The position numbers were made by a program, and so were the translations under genes. Shown one piece after another: positions 12,401 to 23,054 of a stretch of 64,000 bases of DNA (the first letter of the stretch is position 1; each line of letters opens with the position of its first letter). This DNA is from Vicinamibacteria bacterium. GTDB lineage: Bacteria > Acidobacteriota > Vicinamibacteria > Fen-336. The DNA is taken from positions 826,722 through 890,721 of the forward strand of contig JBFWVE010000001.1 of the NCBI GenBank assembly GCA_050246895.1, in the 5' to 3' direction. Under the pieces are notes generated by a model. That model was not told the origin of the DNA, searched no databases, and saw only the letters and a list, made by a program, of their open reading frames with translations.

Positions 12401-13681
12401 GTGGCGGTCCCTCCCCTGCGCTTGGACGGCGAGCAGCGCTTCACCTGCTCGCAGTGCGGCCGCTGCTGCACGCGGCCGTGGCAGATCGTGGTGACGCCGT
12501 CCGAGACGGAGAGCTACCGCAAGGCAGACGTCGCGCGCTTCTACCGCGAGAGTGTTCTGGGGCCCGAGGGGGCGAAGAAGGACCCCTTCGAGCTGATCTC
12601 CGGCACCAAGGGCTTCCACCGCATCCGCAAGCGCGGCGACGGGGCCTGCGGCTTCCTGTCGCCGGCCGGCCGTTGCCGGCTGCACGAGGAGCTGGGTGGA
12701 ATGCGCAAGCCGCTCACCTGCCGGATGTTCCCGTGGAGCTTCCACCCGGCCGAAGGCGCCGTGGTCGTGGGCACCAGCTTCTGCTGCCCCACCACGATCG
12801 CGAACGAGGGGCAGACGACCGACGAGCAGCGCTCCGAGATCCAGGCGCTGCGCGCCGAGTGGTTCGCGGTCTATCCCGAGAAGCCCAAGGCCGTCCGCCT
12901 CGCCGAGAGGCGCACGATCGACGCGGCGACGCTCGAGACCGTGCGCTCGCTGCTGAAGCAAGTCCTCGACCGGCCAGGGCCCGACGGCCGCCCGAACCTG
13001 CGCGAGAACGTCCTGCGCGTCGCGCGCTTGATCGAGGACTGGACGCGCTACCGCGTGCTGCGCCTGCCGGGCGGGTCGCTCGGCGAGTACATCTCGCTGA
13101 CGGGCGGCCACGCGCTCACGACCGACAAGCCCGTCGCGCCGCGGCCGCCGTCGCGGCTCGCGCGCCTGCTGCTGCGCGGCTTCCTGTTCGTCGTCGCCGC
13201 GACGCGGCTGCAGTTCGAGAACCAGTCGACGAGCGCCTGGCGGCTCGGGCTGCGACTTCGGCTCTTCGGTCTGCTCGCTCACCTGCACGGCCTCGGCCCC
13301 GGCGTCAGCGGCATCGACTTGCGCCTGGCGCGACGCGCGCCCGTGCCCTTCGAGGACGACCCCGAGCTCGCCGCGATCGCGCGTCACTATCTGCGCGCGA
13401 GCATCGAGTCGCTCGGCAGCGGCAAGCGAACGGTCGCGAGCGAGCTGTCGGTGGCGGTCGCTTTCCTGGACGCCGCCTGCGCCCTCGCCGCCATGCGCGC
13501 GGCGCGCGAAGGCCGCGCCGTCGACCGCGCGATCTTCTCGGAAGCGCTGATGGAGGCGGTCGACCTCACGCACGCGGACGACGAAGGCCGCGTGGGCCGC
13601 ATCCTCGGCACGCTGGCCTCGGGCGTCGAGTCGCTCTACGCGTTCGCCGACGGCTGGCCCGCGCGGCTCCCGCGCTCCTGA
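12401..13681 (+). CDS. YkgJ-family cysteine-cluster (CxxCxxCC) protein with C-terminal extension
   Basis: Uses a GTG start. FTCSQCGRCCTRPW plus downstream ACGFL...GRCRLHE are the YkgJ/UPF0153 Fe-S or Zn cluster signature. Confidence 0.75.
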   Translation: MAVPPLRLDGEQRFTCSQCGRCCTRPWQIVVTPSETESYRKADVARFYRESVLGPEGAKKDPFELISGTKGFHRIRKRGDGACGFLSPAGRCRLHEELGGMRKPLTCRMFPWSFHPAEGAVVVGTSFCCPTTIANEGQTTDEQRSEIQALRAEWFAVYPEKPKAVRLAERRTIDAATLETVRSLLKQVLDRPGPDGRPNLRENVLRVARLIEDWTRYRVLRLPGGSLGEYISLTGGHALTTDKPVAPRPPSRLARLLLRGFLFVVAATRLQFENQSTSAWRLGLRLRLFGLLAHLHGLGPGVSGIDLRLARRAPVPFEDDPELAAIARHYLRASIESLGSGKRTVASELSVAVAFLDAACALAAMRAAREGRAVDRAIFSEALMEAVDLTHADDEGRVGRILGTLASGVESLYAFADGWPARLPRS

Positions 13682-13712
13682 AGCGCAGGCGACTAGGGCC
13701 CGCGCGGAGCGC

Positions 13713-13994
13713 CTAGGCGAGCCGCCTCTCGAAATCGAGCGCGCTCTCGAAGCTGGTGAGGCGCCGGAGCAGCGCGTTGTAGCGCGAGTGGGCCGAGTCG
13801 GGGTCCTCCCCGGCCAGGCGTTCGTAGAGCCGGTGCTCGGCGTCAGGGAAGGGCGCCGCGACCCTGACGCCGTGAGCCCTGAGGCGAGGGGCGGCGATGG
13901 AGACGAGCAGGCCCTCCACGGTCTCTTGCGAACGCGCGAGGTCGTCGAGACCCTTCTCTACCAGATCGCCCCCCGGCAACGCCTCGAACGTCAT
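13713..13994 (-). CDS. Hypothetical small protein (93 aa)
   Basis: A clean ORF in a gap between the YkgJ gene and the M14 peptidase gene, with a helical-looking, non-repetitive composition. No recognisable family. Confidence 0.4.
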   Translation of the reverse strand: MTFEALPGGDLVEKGLDDLARSQETVEGLLVSIAAPRLRAHGVRVAAPFPDAEHRLYERLAGEDPDSAHSRYNALLRRLTSFESALDFERRLA

Positions 13995-14022
13995 GATTCA
14001 TTGTATCCAGCCCCACCGCGAG

Positions 14023-16632
14023 CTACATCAGCGCGTTGAAGAGCGCCTTGTAGGTTCCCAGCGACTGGCCGCGGAACTGGGCCCGGAAGCCGATCATCAC
14101 CACGCGCCCCTTGCCGAGCGGTGCCTCCACCAGGGCGGCCTTCTTGGCGATGCGGCTCTCGCCGAGCAGCCAGCCTGAGTGGAGCACGGCCTTCTCGGCG
14201 AAGCGCGCCACGATCTTCGGCGCGGGCAGCCCGGTCGGCGCGAGCGGCGGCATCGGCGGGCCCTCCGGCGGTGGCTCGTCCGCCAGCGCGAACGCCGGTC
14301 CGTGCTCGACGAACACGAAGAGGTCCTTCGGCAGGCCCCAGGCGAGCGGCTGGGCCGGGTCGACGCTCGCGCGCAGGATCGAGCCAGGGCAGAAGAAGTC
14401 GCTCCGCGCTACGCCGGCGAGCGCGTTCGTCACGCCGAGGGGAAACAGCTCCACGGCCAGGTCCGACGCCGAGTCGAGCGTCACCAGCGTGCCGCCCGCC
14501 TCGACGAACGTCTTCAAAGCCAGGGCCCCCTCGAGCCCGAGCCCGCCGGTGTACTCGGGCGGCACCCGGCCCGCAGGCCAGCCTTCGATCAGCGCGCGCT
14601 TCGGGCTGTCCGCCAGCACGATCACGTCGAAGCGTTCGGCCAGTGAGCCTTTGCGCACGTCGGCGTCGCGCAGCGTCGAGTACGCGAACTCCTGCTGCTC
14701 GAGCACGAAGCGCGTCCAGCCTTCGTCCATCGAGGCCACCCACGGCGCGTAGAGGCCGAGCCGCCGCGGCGAAAGCGCGACGGTCGCGACCTCGAGGCCG
14801 CTCACGGCCAGGGCGGGTACGCCGCGCTCGCGCGCGACGGCCTCCGCTGCCTCGCGCGCGCCGGGGCCGCTCAGCACGAAGCTGCCCGCGGCGAAGTCTC
14901 GCCCGCCGGCCCGGAACGCGGCGGTGGCGCGCTCGACGCGGGCGCCGGCCTTCAGCGCCCGGTTCGCGGCCAGGAAACCGTCGTTGGCTCCGGCGTCGAT
15001 CACGAAGCGGTCGCCCGTGCCGCTGAGCTGCGCCGGTGTCACGCTCGGGCCGGTCCACGCTTCGAGCGTGGCCGTGAACGGCTTGTCGGCCCAGGCGCCG
15101 TCGATGCCCATCTGCGCCGGCAGCGTCCAGCCGGCGCTGTCGTAGGGCGGGATCGGCGGGCCGGTGGCGCCGCCACGCCGCCGATCGGGGTAGGTCTGCA
15201 CCTCCAGCAGATCCTTCGCGTGGGCGCGGAAGGCCTGCGCCATCGGCACTACGATCGTGCCCTGCGGGTAGTCCTTGTCGCCCGCCTTGAAGGAAGCGGT
15301 CGCGCGCTGGACCTCGACGCCGCCCGTGCGCAGCGCATCGACCAGCTTCGCGACCGCCCCGGGATCGCGCTGGCCCGGCGGGATCAGGTAGGCGTAGGGC
15401 GCGCCAGCGCGGCCGGCCGCGATGGCGTCTCGGCCCATCTGGTAGATGTCGTAGAGCCACTCGCCGCGCCGCTGCGAGCCGATGTCCAGCACGGCCAGCG
15501 ACGCCGTCAGCATGTACTCGACAGCGTCGCGCAGGCGCCAGCGGCCGCCCTTCCAGGGGCTCGGGTAGAACACCGACGCCTGGTCCGTCGGCGTGCCGTC
15601 GAAGAAGCGCTTCGGCAGGCGCTTCGGGTCGTAGTCGTACGGCGTCGCGTAGTACCAGAGCGCCGTCTCGGTCAGGATGCCGACCATGTTGTGGAAGTAG
15701 GGGGCGGTGCGCATGCCGCCGTTCCACCACATGTCGAAGCGCGAGCGCGAGACGGCGCCCCGCTTGCCCTCGCGGTCGAGCCGCCCGGAGATCGCGTCGC
15801 CCACCGTGTTCACCCCGCGCGTCACCAGCGCCGGGATGTTCGGGTTCAGCGGGTCGTCGTAGGGCGGCACCATGATGCGCGCCGGGAAGGGCGCCGTCTG
15901 GTGGTGGTTGTAGACGATCTGCGGCAGGTAGTCCTCGTAGAGCAGCTTCGCGACGTTGCGCGACTCGGGCATGTTGAACATGTACCAGTCGCGGTTGTTG
16001 TCGTGGCCGACGTACTTCTGGTACAGCTCCACCATCGGCGCGACCTCGTAGGGTGTCCCGAGGTTGCGCTGGTACCAGCGCACGACGCTGTCGAGGCCGT
16101 CCGGGTTCATCACGGGCAGCAGCACCAGCACCACGTCGCGCCGGATCCGCCGCATCTCCTCGCTCTCCTCGGTTGCCACCCGCCACGCCAGCTCCGGCGT
16201 GTGCTGTGCGTGCGCCACCTCCGAGGCGTGCAGCCCGCCGTCGATCCAGACGACGGCCCTGCCCTCGGCCGCCAGCGCCTTCGCCTGCGCGTCGTCGAGG
16301 CCCTTCGCGAGCGCGAGACGGCGGCTGATCTCGAGCAGCCGTGGCAGGCGCCGCAGGTTCTCCTCGGACGAGATCACCGCCACGATCATCTGCCGGCCCT
16401 CGGCGGTGGGGCCGACCTCGCGCACCTGCACGCGGTCGCTGGACGCGTCGAGGGCGCGGAAATAGCGCACGATCGTCGGGTAGTCGGCGAGCTTGTGGTC
16501 GTCGCCGGGCTGGAAGCCGAGGATCTGCTTCGGCTCGGGCACGCGGGCGGCCGGCCGTGCGCCGGCCGGTGCGGCGGAGAAGAGGGCCAGCGCGAGCGCC
16601 GCGGCCAGGCGCGGAGGGATCGAGAGGATCAT
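14023..16632 (-). CDS. Secreted M14-family zinc carboxypeptidase with C-terminal class-I glutamine-amidotransferase-like (ThuA/DJ-1-like) domain
   Basis: Start chosen at the internal Met (MILSIPPRLAAALALALFSAAPAGA signal peptide, GGAGA RBS). The M14 region shows ...IDGGLHASE... and ...HDNNRDW.... The C-terminal part (RFDVIVLADSP...GGLGLEGALALKTFVEAGGTLVTLD) resembles GATase1/ThuA folds. Confidence 0.85.
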   Translation of the reverse strand: MILSIPPRLAAALALALFSAAPAGARPAARVPEPKQILGFQPGDDHKLADYPTIVRYFRALDASSDRVQVREVGPTAEGRQMIVAVISSEENLRRLPRLLEISRRLALAKGLDDAQAKALAAEGRAVVWIDGGLHASEVAHAQHTPELAWRVATEESEEMRRIRRDVVLVLLPVMNPDGLDSVVRWYQRNLGTPYEVAPMVELYQKYVGHDNNRDWYMFNMPESRNVAKLLYEDYLPQIVYNHHQTAPFPARIMVPPYDDPLNPNIPALVTRGVNTVGDAISGRLDREGKRGAVSRSRFDMWWNGGMRTAPYFHNMVGILTETALWYYATPYDYDPKRLPKRFFDGTPTDQASVFYPSPWKGGRWRLRDAVEYMLTASLAVLDIGSQRRGEWLYDIYQMGRDAIAAGRAGAPYAYLIPPGQRDPGAVAKLVDALRTGGVEVQRATASFKAGDKDYPQGTIVVPMAQAFRAHAKDLLEVQTYPDRRRGGATGPPIPPYDSAGWTLPAQMGIDGAWADKPFTATLEAWTGPSVTPAQLSGTGDRFVIDAGANDGFLAANRALKAGARVERATAAFRAGGRDFAAGSFVLSGPGAREAAEAVARERGVPALAVSGLEVATVALSPRRLGLYAPWVASMDEGWTRFVLEQQEFAYSTLRDADVRKGSLAERFDVIVLADSPKRALIEGWPAGRVPPEYTGGLGLEGALALKTFVEAGGTLVTLDSASDLAVELFPLGVTNALAGVARSDFFCPGSILRASVDPAQPLAWGLPKDLFVFVEHGPAFALADEPPPEGPPMPPLAPTGLPAPKIVARFAEKAVLHSGWLLGESRIAKKAALVEAPLGKGRVVMIGFRAQFRGQSLGTYKALFNALM

Positions 16633-16783
16633 CGGCGGGTCTCCGTTCGACGATGCCGGCCCGCTCATCCGGACGGCCGGCACCGATGGCGCAGTCTACG
16701 GGAGGCCGCGGGCCGTCGGCGCGGGCGCCGCCCCGCCGCGGCTCGGACACCCGGCCGCCCTAGAATGCCGGCAGGAGGTTGCG

Positions 16784-17317
16784 ATGCGGAGATTCATCGG
16801 CCTCAGCGTCGTGGTCGGGCTCGCCGCGGTCTTGGCATTCGAGGGACAGGCCGGGGCATCGCTGCCGAAGGAGCTCGCCACGGCGCGCTACGTCGCCCTC
16901 GCTTTCGACGTGGGCGACGCCCTCATCGCGGAATCGGCTCCGGACGACCCGCGCGTCCTGCCCGACGATCGCCAGGCGCTCGCTGCGCTGCGCGAGGAGA
17001 TCGAGCGCTGGGGGCGCTACAAGGTCGTCGCGCGGCCCAGCCAGGCCGAGCTGGTGATCGCTATCCGCCTGGGGCGCCAGTTGAGCTTCGGTGGCGGCAG
17101 CGGCCCGAGCGGCGCTCCCGCACCCTGCGGGCTCGGCAGACCGGGGGGACAGTCGGCGCGCGTGGAGACCTCGTCGGGCGACGACGCCCTGTTCGTCTAC
17201 GGCAGCATGAGCCACGGCACGCCGCTGTGGCGCGGACAGCAGTCGGGCGGCCTGAGCGGCAGCCCGTCGGCCCTGTTCGAGCGCTTCCGGGCGGACGTCG
17301 AGCGGACCGCGCGCTAA
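16784..17317 (+). CDS. Hypothetical secreted protein (177 aa)
   Basis: ATG is preceded by an AGGAGG RBS, and the product starts with a signal peptide (MRRFIGLSVVVGLAAVLAFEGQAGAS). It is in frame within track ORF 16493..17317. Confidence 0.55.
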   Translation: MRRFIGLSVVVGLAAVLAFEGQAGASLPKELATARYVALAFDVGDALIAESAPDDPRVLPDDRQALAALREEIERWGRYKVVARPSQAELVIAIRLGRQLSFGGGSGPSGAPAPCGLGRPGGQSARVETSSGDDALFVYGSMSHGTPLWRGQQSGGLSGSPSALFERFRADVERTAR

Positions 17318-17342
17318 GTCGGCTGACCCGCCCGGGCGGGAC

Positions 17343-18266
17343 CTACGGCTCGAGCGCCGACTGGAAGTTCAGGACGAAGTTGACGAGGCGATAGGCCTCG
17401 ACCACGTCCTTCGCCGTGTAGCGCACCGCGTGCGCGTCGGCGCGGCGCGCGCCCGGGAGCCAGGACAGCACCTCCGCCGGCCGGTAGCTCTTGAAGCGCA
17501 GCTCCAGCTCGACCGGTCCGTCGATCCGGTAGATGGGGATCTCGGCGCGCCGCGCGAGGCCCCGCTTCACCGCCTCCGCGATCGCCTGGCGCGAGGCCTC
17601 GGGCGAGAGCACGCGCGCGGAGTGGAAGCCGTATGCGTGCTTCACGACCGCGCCCTCGATCCCCTTCACCAGCGACTGCACCTCGGCCACGGCCCGGTCG
17701 TCGCCGGTCACGGCGACGACCTTCGCGCCGAAGCGCGAGGCGACCGCCGCGTTGAACGCGCCCTCGGTCACGCTGATGCCGTTCAGCCGCACGTCGGCCA
17801 GCGTGGCGCTGGAGAACGTGTGCGCGCGAACGCCCTCCGGGTTCGTGGTCGAGGCGTGGTAGCCGACGAAGACGACCGCGTCGAAGCCCTCGTCGATCCC
17901 CTGCAGCATGCCGAGCGGACGCGGCGTGCCGCGCACGACCTCGACGTCCGCCGGCAGCTTCTCGAGCAGCAGGTTCTGGAAGTTGCCGTGCGAGTCGGCC
18001 ACCACGATCTTCGTGGCGCCGGCTCCCCGCGCCGCCTCGATGGCGGCGTTCGTCTCGTCGGTCATCCGCTCGCGGAAGCGCTGGTACTCGAAGCCGGAGG
18101 TGCCGAGCTGCTCGCCGGTGACGACGCCGCCGAGGCCCTCCATGTCCACGGAGATGAACACACGCAGCGGCTCGGCCGCCCGGGCTGGGGCCGGAAGCGA
18201 AACCGCGCCGGCGACCGCCAGGCACGCGAACAGGGTGACTCGCAGCGGCGGATGGTCATCGCGCAT
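17343..18266 (-). CDS. M55-family D-aminopeptidase (DppA-like)
   Basis: ATG at 18266 follows an AGGAGG RBS (MRDDHPPLRVTLFACLAVAG...). The product reads ...FISVDMEGLGGVVTGEQ... with DppA-like metal-binding regions. The track ORFs here are in other frames. Confidence 0.8.
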   Translation of the reverse strand: MRDDHPPLRVTLFACLAVAGAVSLPAPARAAEPLRVFISVDMEGLGGVVTGEQLGTSGFEYQRFRERMTDETNAAIEAARGAGATKIVVADSHGNFQNLLLEKLPADVEVVRGTPRPLGMLQGIDEGFDAVVFVGYHASTTNPEGVRAHTFSSATLADVRLNGISVTEGAFNAAVASRFGAKVVAVTGDDRAVAEVQSLVKGIEGAVVKHAYGFHSARVLSPEASRQAIAEAVKRGLARRAEIPIYRIDGPVELELRFKSYRPAEVLSWLPGARRADAHAVRYTAKDVVEAYRLVNFVLNFQSALEP

Positions 18267-18432
18267 GGGATCCTCCTGTGGAAGCGGCTTCGGCCGCGAG
18301 TCTAGGCTTTGGGTCCCAGCCTGACGAGTCCGTGCGGCCGGTTCCGAGCTCCGCCGCCCGTCGCGCAACCGGCACGCGCGCCGACGACCGTTCAGGGCCC
18401 GCCCTGACCGCCACAGCAGATAGCATCGGCGG

Positions 18433-21400
18433 ATGGCCGCGCGCACGCTCGCCCCGTTCCATCCAGCCGTCGCCTGTTGGTTCGCCGAGGCCTTCGCGCA
18501 GCCGACGCGCGCCCAGGCGCTGGGCTGGCCCGAGATCGCCGCCGGCCGCTCGGCGCTGGTGTTCGCGCCCACCGGTTCCGGCAAGACGCTGGCCGCCTTC
18601 CTGTGGGCGATCGACCGGCTGATGTTCCAGCCGGCGCCGCCAATCGCGCGCCGCTGCCGCGTGCTGTACGTCTCGCCGTTGCGGGCGCTCGCGGTCGACG
18701 TCGAGCGCAACCTGCGGGCCCCGCTCGCGGGCATCGCCCGGGTCGCCGAGCGGCGCGGCGACGCGTTCCATCTGCCCGAGATCGGCCTGCGCACCGGGGA
18801 CACCCCGCAGAAGGACCGCGCGCGCATGGCGCGGCATCCGCCCGACGTCCTGATCACGACGCCCGAGTCGCTGTTCCTGATGCTGAGCTCGAACGCACGC
18901 GGCCTGTTCGAATCGGTCGAGGTCGTGATTCTCGACGAGATCCACGTGCTCGTCGGCCAGAAGCGCGGCGCCCACCTGGCGCTGTCGCTCGAGCGCGTCG
19001 CCGAGCTCGCGGGCCGAGAGATCCAGCGCGTCGGGCTCTCCGCCACGCAGCGGCCGCTCGAGACGGTCGCGCGCTACCTCGGCGGCGGTCTGCCGAAGAA
19101 GAAGGCCTGGACGCCGCGGCCGGTCGCGATCGTGGACGCGGGCGCCCGCAAGGCCTTCGAGATCCGGGTCGAGGTGCCCGTCGAGGACATGACGCGGCTC
19201 GGCGAGTCGCTGCTGCCGCTGCCACCGAAGGCGGCGCACGCAGAGGCGGGCTACGTGCGCGAGATCGGGCCCACGAGCCAGCGCGCCGCCCGCCGGCCGA
19301 CGCCGCTCGCGGACGTCCCCGAAGGCCCGGCGAGCGCCGTGCCGCGCCGCTCGATCTGGCCGAACGTCCACGACCGCCTGCTCGAGCTGATCCGCTCCCA
19401 TCGCTCGACGATCGTCTTCACCAACTCGCGCCGGCTGGCCGAGCGCCTGGCCGCCGCGCTCAACGAGCTCGCAGGCGAGGAGCTGGTGCGCGCGCACCAC
19501 GGCTCGATCGCGCGCGAGCAGCGGCTCGAGATCGAGGACGCGCTGAAGGCCGGCCGGCTGCCCGCGATCGTGGCCACCTCCTCGCTGGAGCTGGGCATCG
19601 ACATGGGCGCCGTCGACCTGGTGGTGCAGATCGAGACGCCACCGTCGGTCGCGAGCGGCATGCAGCGCATCGGACGCGCCAGCCACCAGGTCGAGGCCGT
19701 CTCGAAGGGCATCATCTTCCCGAAGTACCGCGGCGACCTGCTCGCCACCGCGGCGATCACGCGGGCGATGCACGAGGGCAAGGTCGAGGAGACGCGGCTG
19801 CCCGAGAACGCGCTCGACGTGCTGGCGCAGCAGCTCGTCTCGATCTGCGCCGTCAAGGAGCGCCGCCTCGACGAGCTCTACGACCTCGTGCGTCGCGCGG
19901 CGCCCTTCGCCACGCTGCCGCGCTCGCTCTTCGAGGGTGTGCTCGACATGCTCTCGGGCCGCTACCCGTCGGACGAGTTCGCCGAGCTACGGCCGCGGCT
20001 CACCTGGGACCGCCTGCGCGGCACCCTTCGCGCGCGAGAGGGCGCGCGGCGGCTGGTGGCCGCCAACGCCGGCACCATCCCGGACAAGGGCCTCTACGGC
20101 GTCTACCTTTCGGACGACGTCGACGCGCCCGCGGGAACGAAGCGGCGGCCCGGCCGCCGCGTGGGCGAGCTCGACGAGGAGATGGTCTTCGAGAGCTTCG
20201 CCGGCGACGTGATCGTGCTCGGCGCCTCGAGCTGGCGCGTCCTCGAGATCACGCGCGACCGCGTGCTGGTGGCGCCCGCGCCGGGCGAGCCCGGCCGGCT
20301 GCCTTTCTGGAAGGCAGACCGGCCGCCGCGCCCGGTCGAGCTGGGCCGCGCGATCGGCAAGCTGACGCGCGAGCTGGCCGCCGCCGATCCCGCGGCCGCG
20401 CACGAGCGGCTGGTCTCGCAGCACGGCCTCGACGAGCGCGCCGCGCAGAACCTGCTCGCGTATCTGAAGGACCAGCTCGAGGCGACGGGCGCCCTGCCCG
20501 ACGACCGCACGCTGCTGCTCGAGCGCACGCGCGACGAGCTCGGCGACTGGCGGCTGGTGCTGCTGTCGCCCTTCGGCGGGCGCGTCCACGCGCCGCTGGC
20601 GCTGGCGATCCAGGCGAAGCTGCGGCGCTCGGGCTCCGTCGAGGCGGAGACCGTCTGGAGCGACGACGGCCTGGTGATCCGGCTGCCCGACGGCGAGCGC
20701 CCGCCCGACGCCGCGGCGCTGTGGCCGGCGCCCGAGGAGGTCGAGGAGCTGGTGATCGGGGAGCTCGGCGGCTCGGCGGTGTTCGCCGCCCACTTCCGCG
20801 AGGCGGCCGGCCGCGCGCTGCTGCTGCCGCGGCGGCGGCCGGGGCAGCGCACGCCGCTGTGGATGCAGCGCAAGCGCGCCCACGACCTGCTGCAGGTGGC
20901 CGCGCGCTACGGCTCCTTCCCGATCCTGCTCGAGACGTTCCGCGAGTGCCTGCAGGACGTCTTCGACCTGCCGGCGCTGGTCGAGCTCGCCCGCCGCGTG
21001 CAGCAGCGCGAGCTGCGCCTGCGCACGGTCGACGCCGCGGCGCCCTCTCCCTTCTCGGCCTCGCTGCTGTTCGGCTACGTCGCCAACTACCTCTACGACG
21101 GCGACGCGCCGCTCGCCGAACGGCGCGCGCAGGCGCTCTCGGTCGACCAGCGCCAGCTGCGCGAGCTGCTGGGCGCCGCCGAGTTGCGCGAGCTGATCGA
21201 CGCGCACGCGCTGGGCGAGCTGGAGCTGGAGCTGCAGGGGCTCCTGCCGGGCCGGCGCGTGAAGAGCCCCGACCGTCTGCACGACCTGCTGCTGCGCATC
21301 GGGGACCTCGCCCCGCACGAGATCGCCGCACGTATCGAGGCCGCCGATCCCGGCGAGGCCGCGGCGCTCGCGAAGCGCTGGACCAAGGAGCTCGTGCGCG

Positions 21401-23052
21401 AGCGGCGCGTGGTGCCGGTGCGGCTCGGCGGCGAGGAGCGCTTCGCCGCCGTCGAGGACGTGGGCCGCCTGCGCGACGCGTTCGGCCTGGCGCCGCCGCC
21501 CGGACTGCCCGCGGCGTTCCTGGAGCCCGCGCCGGCGGCGCTCTCGCAGATGGCCGCCCGCTGGGCGCGCGGCCACGGGCCGTTCGCCGCCGACGAGCTC
21601 GCGCGGCGCTACGGAACCGGCGAGGGCCCGGTGCTGTCGGCGCTGGCGGACCTGTGCGCGCAGGGGCGGCTGCTCGAGGGCGAGTTCCGCCCCGGCGGAC
21701 GCGGCCGCGAGTGGTGCGACCCCGAGGTGCTGCGCTCGCTGCGGCGGCGCTCGCTCGCGCGGCTGCGCAAGCAGGTCGAGCCGGTCGAGCCGGCGGCGCT
21801 CGCGCGGCTGCTGGCCGACTGGCACGGCGTCGAGAGCCTGGCCGTGGCGGCGCCGTCGCCCCGCGCCCCCGCGCTGATCGCGGGCGGACCCGACGCGCTG
21901 CTCGACGTGATCGAGCAGATCCAGGGCGCCGCGGTGCCGGCGTCGGTGCTGGAGACCGACGTGCTGCCCGCGCGCCTCCCCGGCTACCGAGCGCAGGACC
22001 TCGACGCGCTGTGCGCCGCCGGCGAGGTGGTCTGGGTCGGCCTCGAGCCGCTCGGCGAGCGCGACGGCCGCGTCACGCTCTACCTGGCGAGCGACCTGCC
22101 GCTGCTGCACCTCCCCCGGAACGACCCGCCCAAAGGCGCGCTTCACGAGACGTTGCGCGGCGTGCTCGCGAGCCGCGGCGCCAGCTTCTTCCTCGATCTC
22201 CACGCCGCCAGCGGCGGCGGGCTCGCGCAGGGCGTGCTCGACGCGCTATGGGACCTCGTCTGGTCCGGCGAGGTCACGAACGACACGCCTGGCGCGCTGC
22301 GCGCCTTCCTCGCCGCCCGCGCGGCCCGGCGTCCAGGCCGGCGGCGCCCTTCCGCCTTTCGCTCCCGGCGCGAGCTGCCCGCCGCGGGCGTCGGCCGCTT
22401 CAGCCTGCTCGCCCCGCGCCTGGCGCCGGCGCCGAAACCGGCCGAGCGCGCGATGGCGCTCTGCGAGCAGCTGCTCGCCCGCCACGGAATCGTGACGCGC
22501 GACGCCGTCGCGAGCGAGGGCGTCGCGGGCGGCTTCGCCGCCCTCTATCCCGTGTTCGCGACGATGGAGGAGGCCGGCCGCATCCGGCGCGGGTACTTCG
22601 TCGCCGGTCTCGGCGGCTCGCAGTTCGCCGATCCGGGCGCCCTCGAGCGCCTGCGCGCGCTGCGCGACGGCGGGGACGGCGAGCCTCACACCGTCGTGCT
22701 CGCCTCGACCGATCCCGCGAATCCCTACGGAGCGGCGCTCGCCTGGCCCGAGGGCCTGCAGGCGATGCGCGCGGCGCAGACCCACGTCGTGCTCGCCGAG
22801 GGCGCGCTCGCCGCCTATCTCTCGCGAGGCGCCAGCGAGGTGCGGCTGCTGCTGCCGCCCGACGAGCCGCAACGCACGCGGATCGCGCGCACCACGGCGC
22901 ACGCGCTGGCGCGCTGGGCCGTTGGCGGCGGCCGGCCAACACTCGGCTGGAGCGGCGAGCCGCCGCTCTCCCGCGGACCGCTGGCCCCCTTCCTGGCCGA
23001 GGCGGGCTTCAGGCCGTCCGGCCCCGGCGTGCGCCTCGAGTCGAGCGACTGA
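18433..23052 (+). CDS. lhr: Lhr-family large ATP-dependent DNA helicase
   Basis: At 1539 aa, with the Walker A FAPTGSGKT, DEIH, and the rest of the superfamily-2 helicase core, plus a long Lhr-type C-terminal region. The stop is 2 nt before the nei-like start. Confidence 0.9.
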   Translation: MAARTLAPFHPAVACWFAEAFAQPTRAQALGWPEIAAGRSALVFAPTGSGKTLAAFLWAIDRLMFQPAPPIARRCRVLYVSPLRALAVDVERNLRAPLAGIARVAERRGDAFHLPEIGLRTGDTPQKDRARMARHPPDVLITTPESLFLMLSSNARGLFESVEVVILDEIHVLVGQKRGAHLALSLERVAELAGREIQRVGLSATQRPLETVARYLGGGLPKKKAWTPRPVAIVDAGARKAFEIRVEVPVEDMTRLGESLLPLPPKAAHAEAGYVREIGPTSQRAARRPTPLADVPEGPASAVPRRSIWPNVHDRLLELIRSHRSTIVFTNSRRLAERLAAALNELAGEELVRAHHGSIAREQRLEIEDALKAGRLPAIVATSSLELGIDMGAVDLVVQIETPPSVASGMQRIGRASHQVEAVSKGIIFPKYRGDLLATAAITRAMHEGKVEETRLPENALDVLAQQLVSICAVKERRLDELYDLVRRAAPFATLPRSLFEGVLDMLSGRYPSDEFAELRPRLTWDRLRGTLRAREGARRLVAANAGTIPDKGLYGVYLSDDVDAPAGTKRRPGRRVGELDEEMVFESFAGDVIVLGASSWRVLEITRDRVLVAPAPGEPGRLPFWKADRPPRPVELGRAIGKLTRELAAADPAAAHERLVSQHGLDERAAQNLLAYLKDQLEATGALPDDRTLLLERTRDELGDWRLVLLSPFGGRVHAPLALAIQAKLRRSGSVEAETVWSDDGLVIRLPDGERPPDAAALWPAPEEVEELVIGELGGSAVFAAHFREAAGRALLLPRRRPGQRTPLWMQRKRAHDLLQVAARYGSFPILLETFRECLQDVFDLPALVELARRVQQRELRLRTVDAAAPSPFSASLLFGYVANYLYDGDAPLAERRAQALSVDQRQLRELLGAAELRELIDAHALGELELELQGLLPGRRVKSPDRLHDLLLRIGDLAPHEIAARIEAADPGEAAALAKRWTKELVRERRVVPVRLGGEERFAAVEDVGRLRDAFGLAPPPGLPAAFLEPAPAALSQMAARWARGHGPFAADELARRYGTGEGPVLSALADLCAQGRLLEGEFRPGGRGREWCDPEVLRSLRRRSLARLRKQVEPVEPAALARLLADWHGVESLAVAAPSPRAPALIAGGPDALLDVIEQIQGAAVPASVLETDVLPARLPGYRAQDLDALCAAGEVVWVGLEPLGERDGRVTLYLASDLPLLHLPRNDPPKGALHETLRGVLASRGASFFLDLHAASGGGLAQGVLDALWDLVWSGEVTNDTPGALRAFLAARAARRPGRRRPSAFRSRRELPAAGVGRFSLLAPRLAPAPKPAERAMALCEQLLARHGIVTRDAVASEGVAGGFAALYPVFATMEEAGRIRRGYFVAGLGGSQFADPGALERLRALRDGGDGEPHTVVLASTDPANPYGAALAWPEGLQAMRAAQTHVVLAEGALAAYLSRGASEVRLLLPPDEPQRTRIARTTAHALARWAVGGGRPTLGWSGEPPLSRGPLAPFLAEAGFRPSGPGVRLESSD

Positions 23053-23054
23053 CG

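Noticed and set aside
12248-13573. 441-aa ORF on the minus strand
   Set aside because: It overlaps the tRNA-Gln and runs antisense to the well-supported YkgJ-family gene, and its composition is low-complexity.
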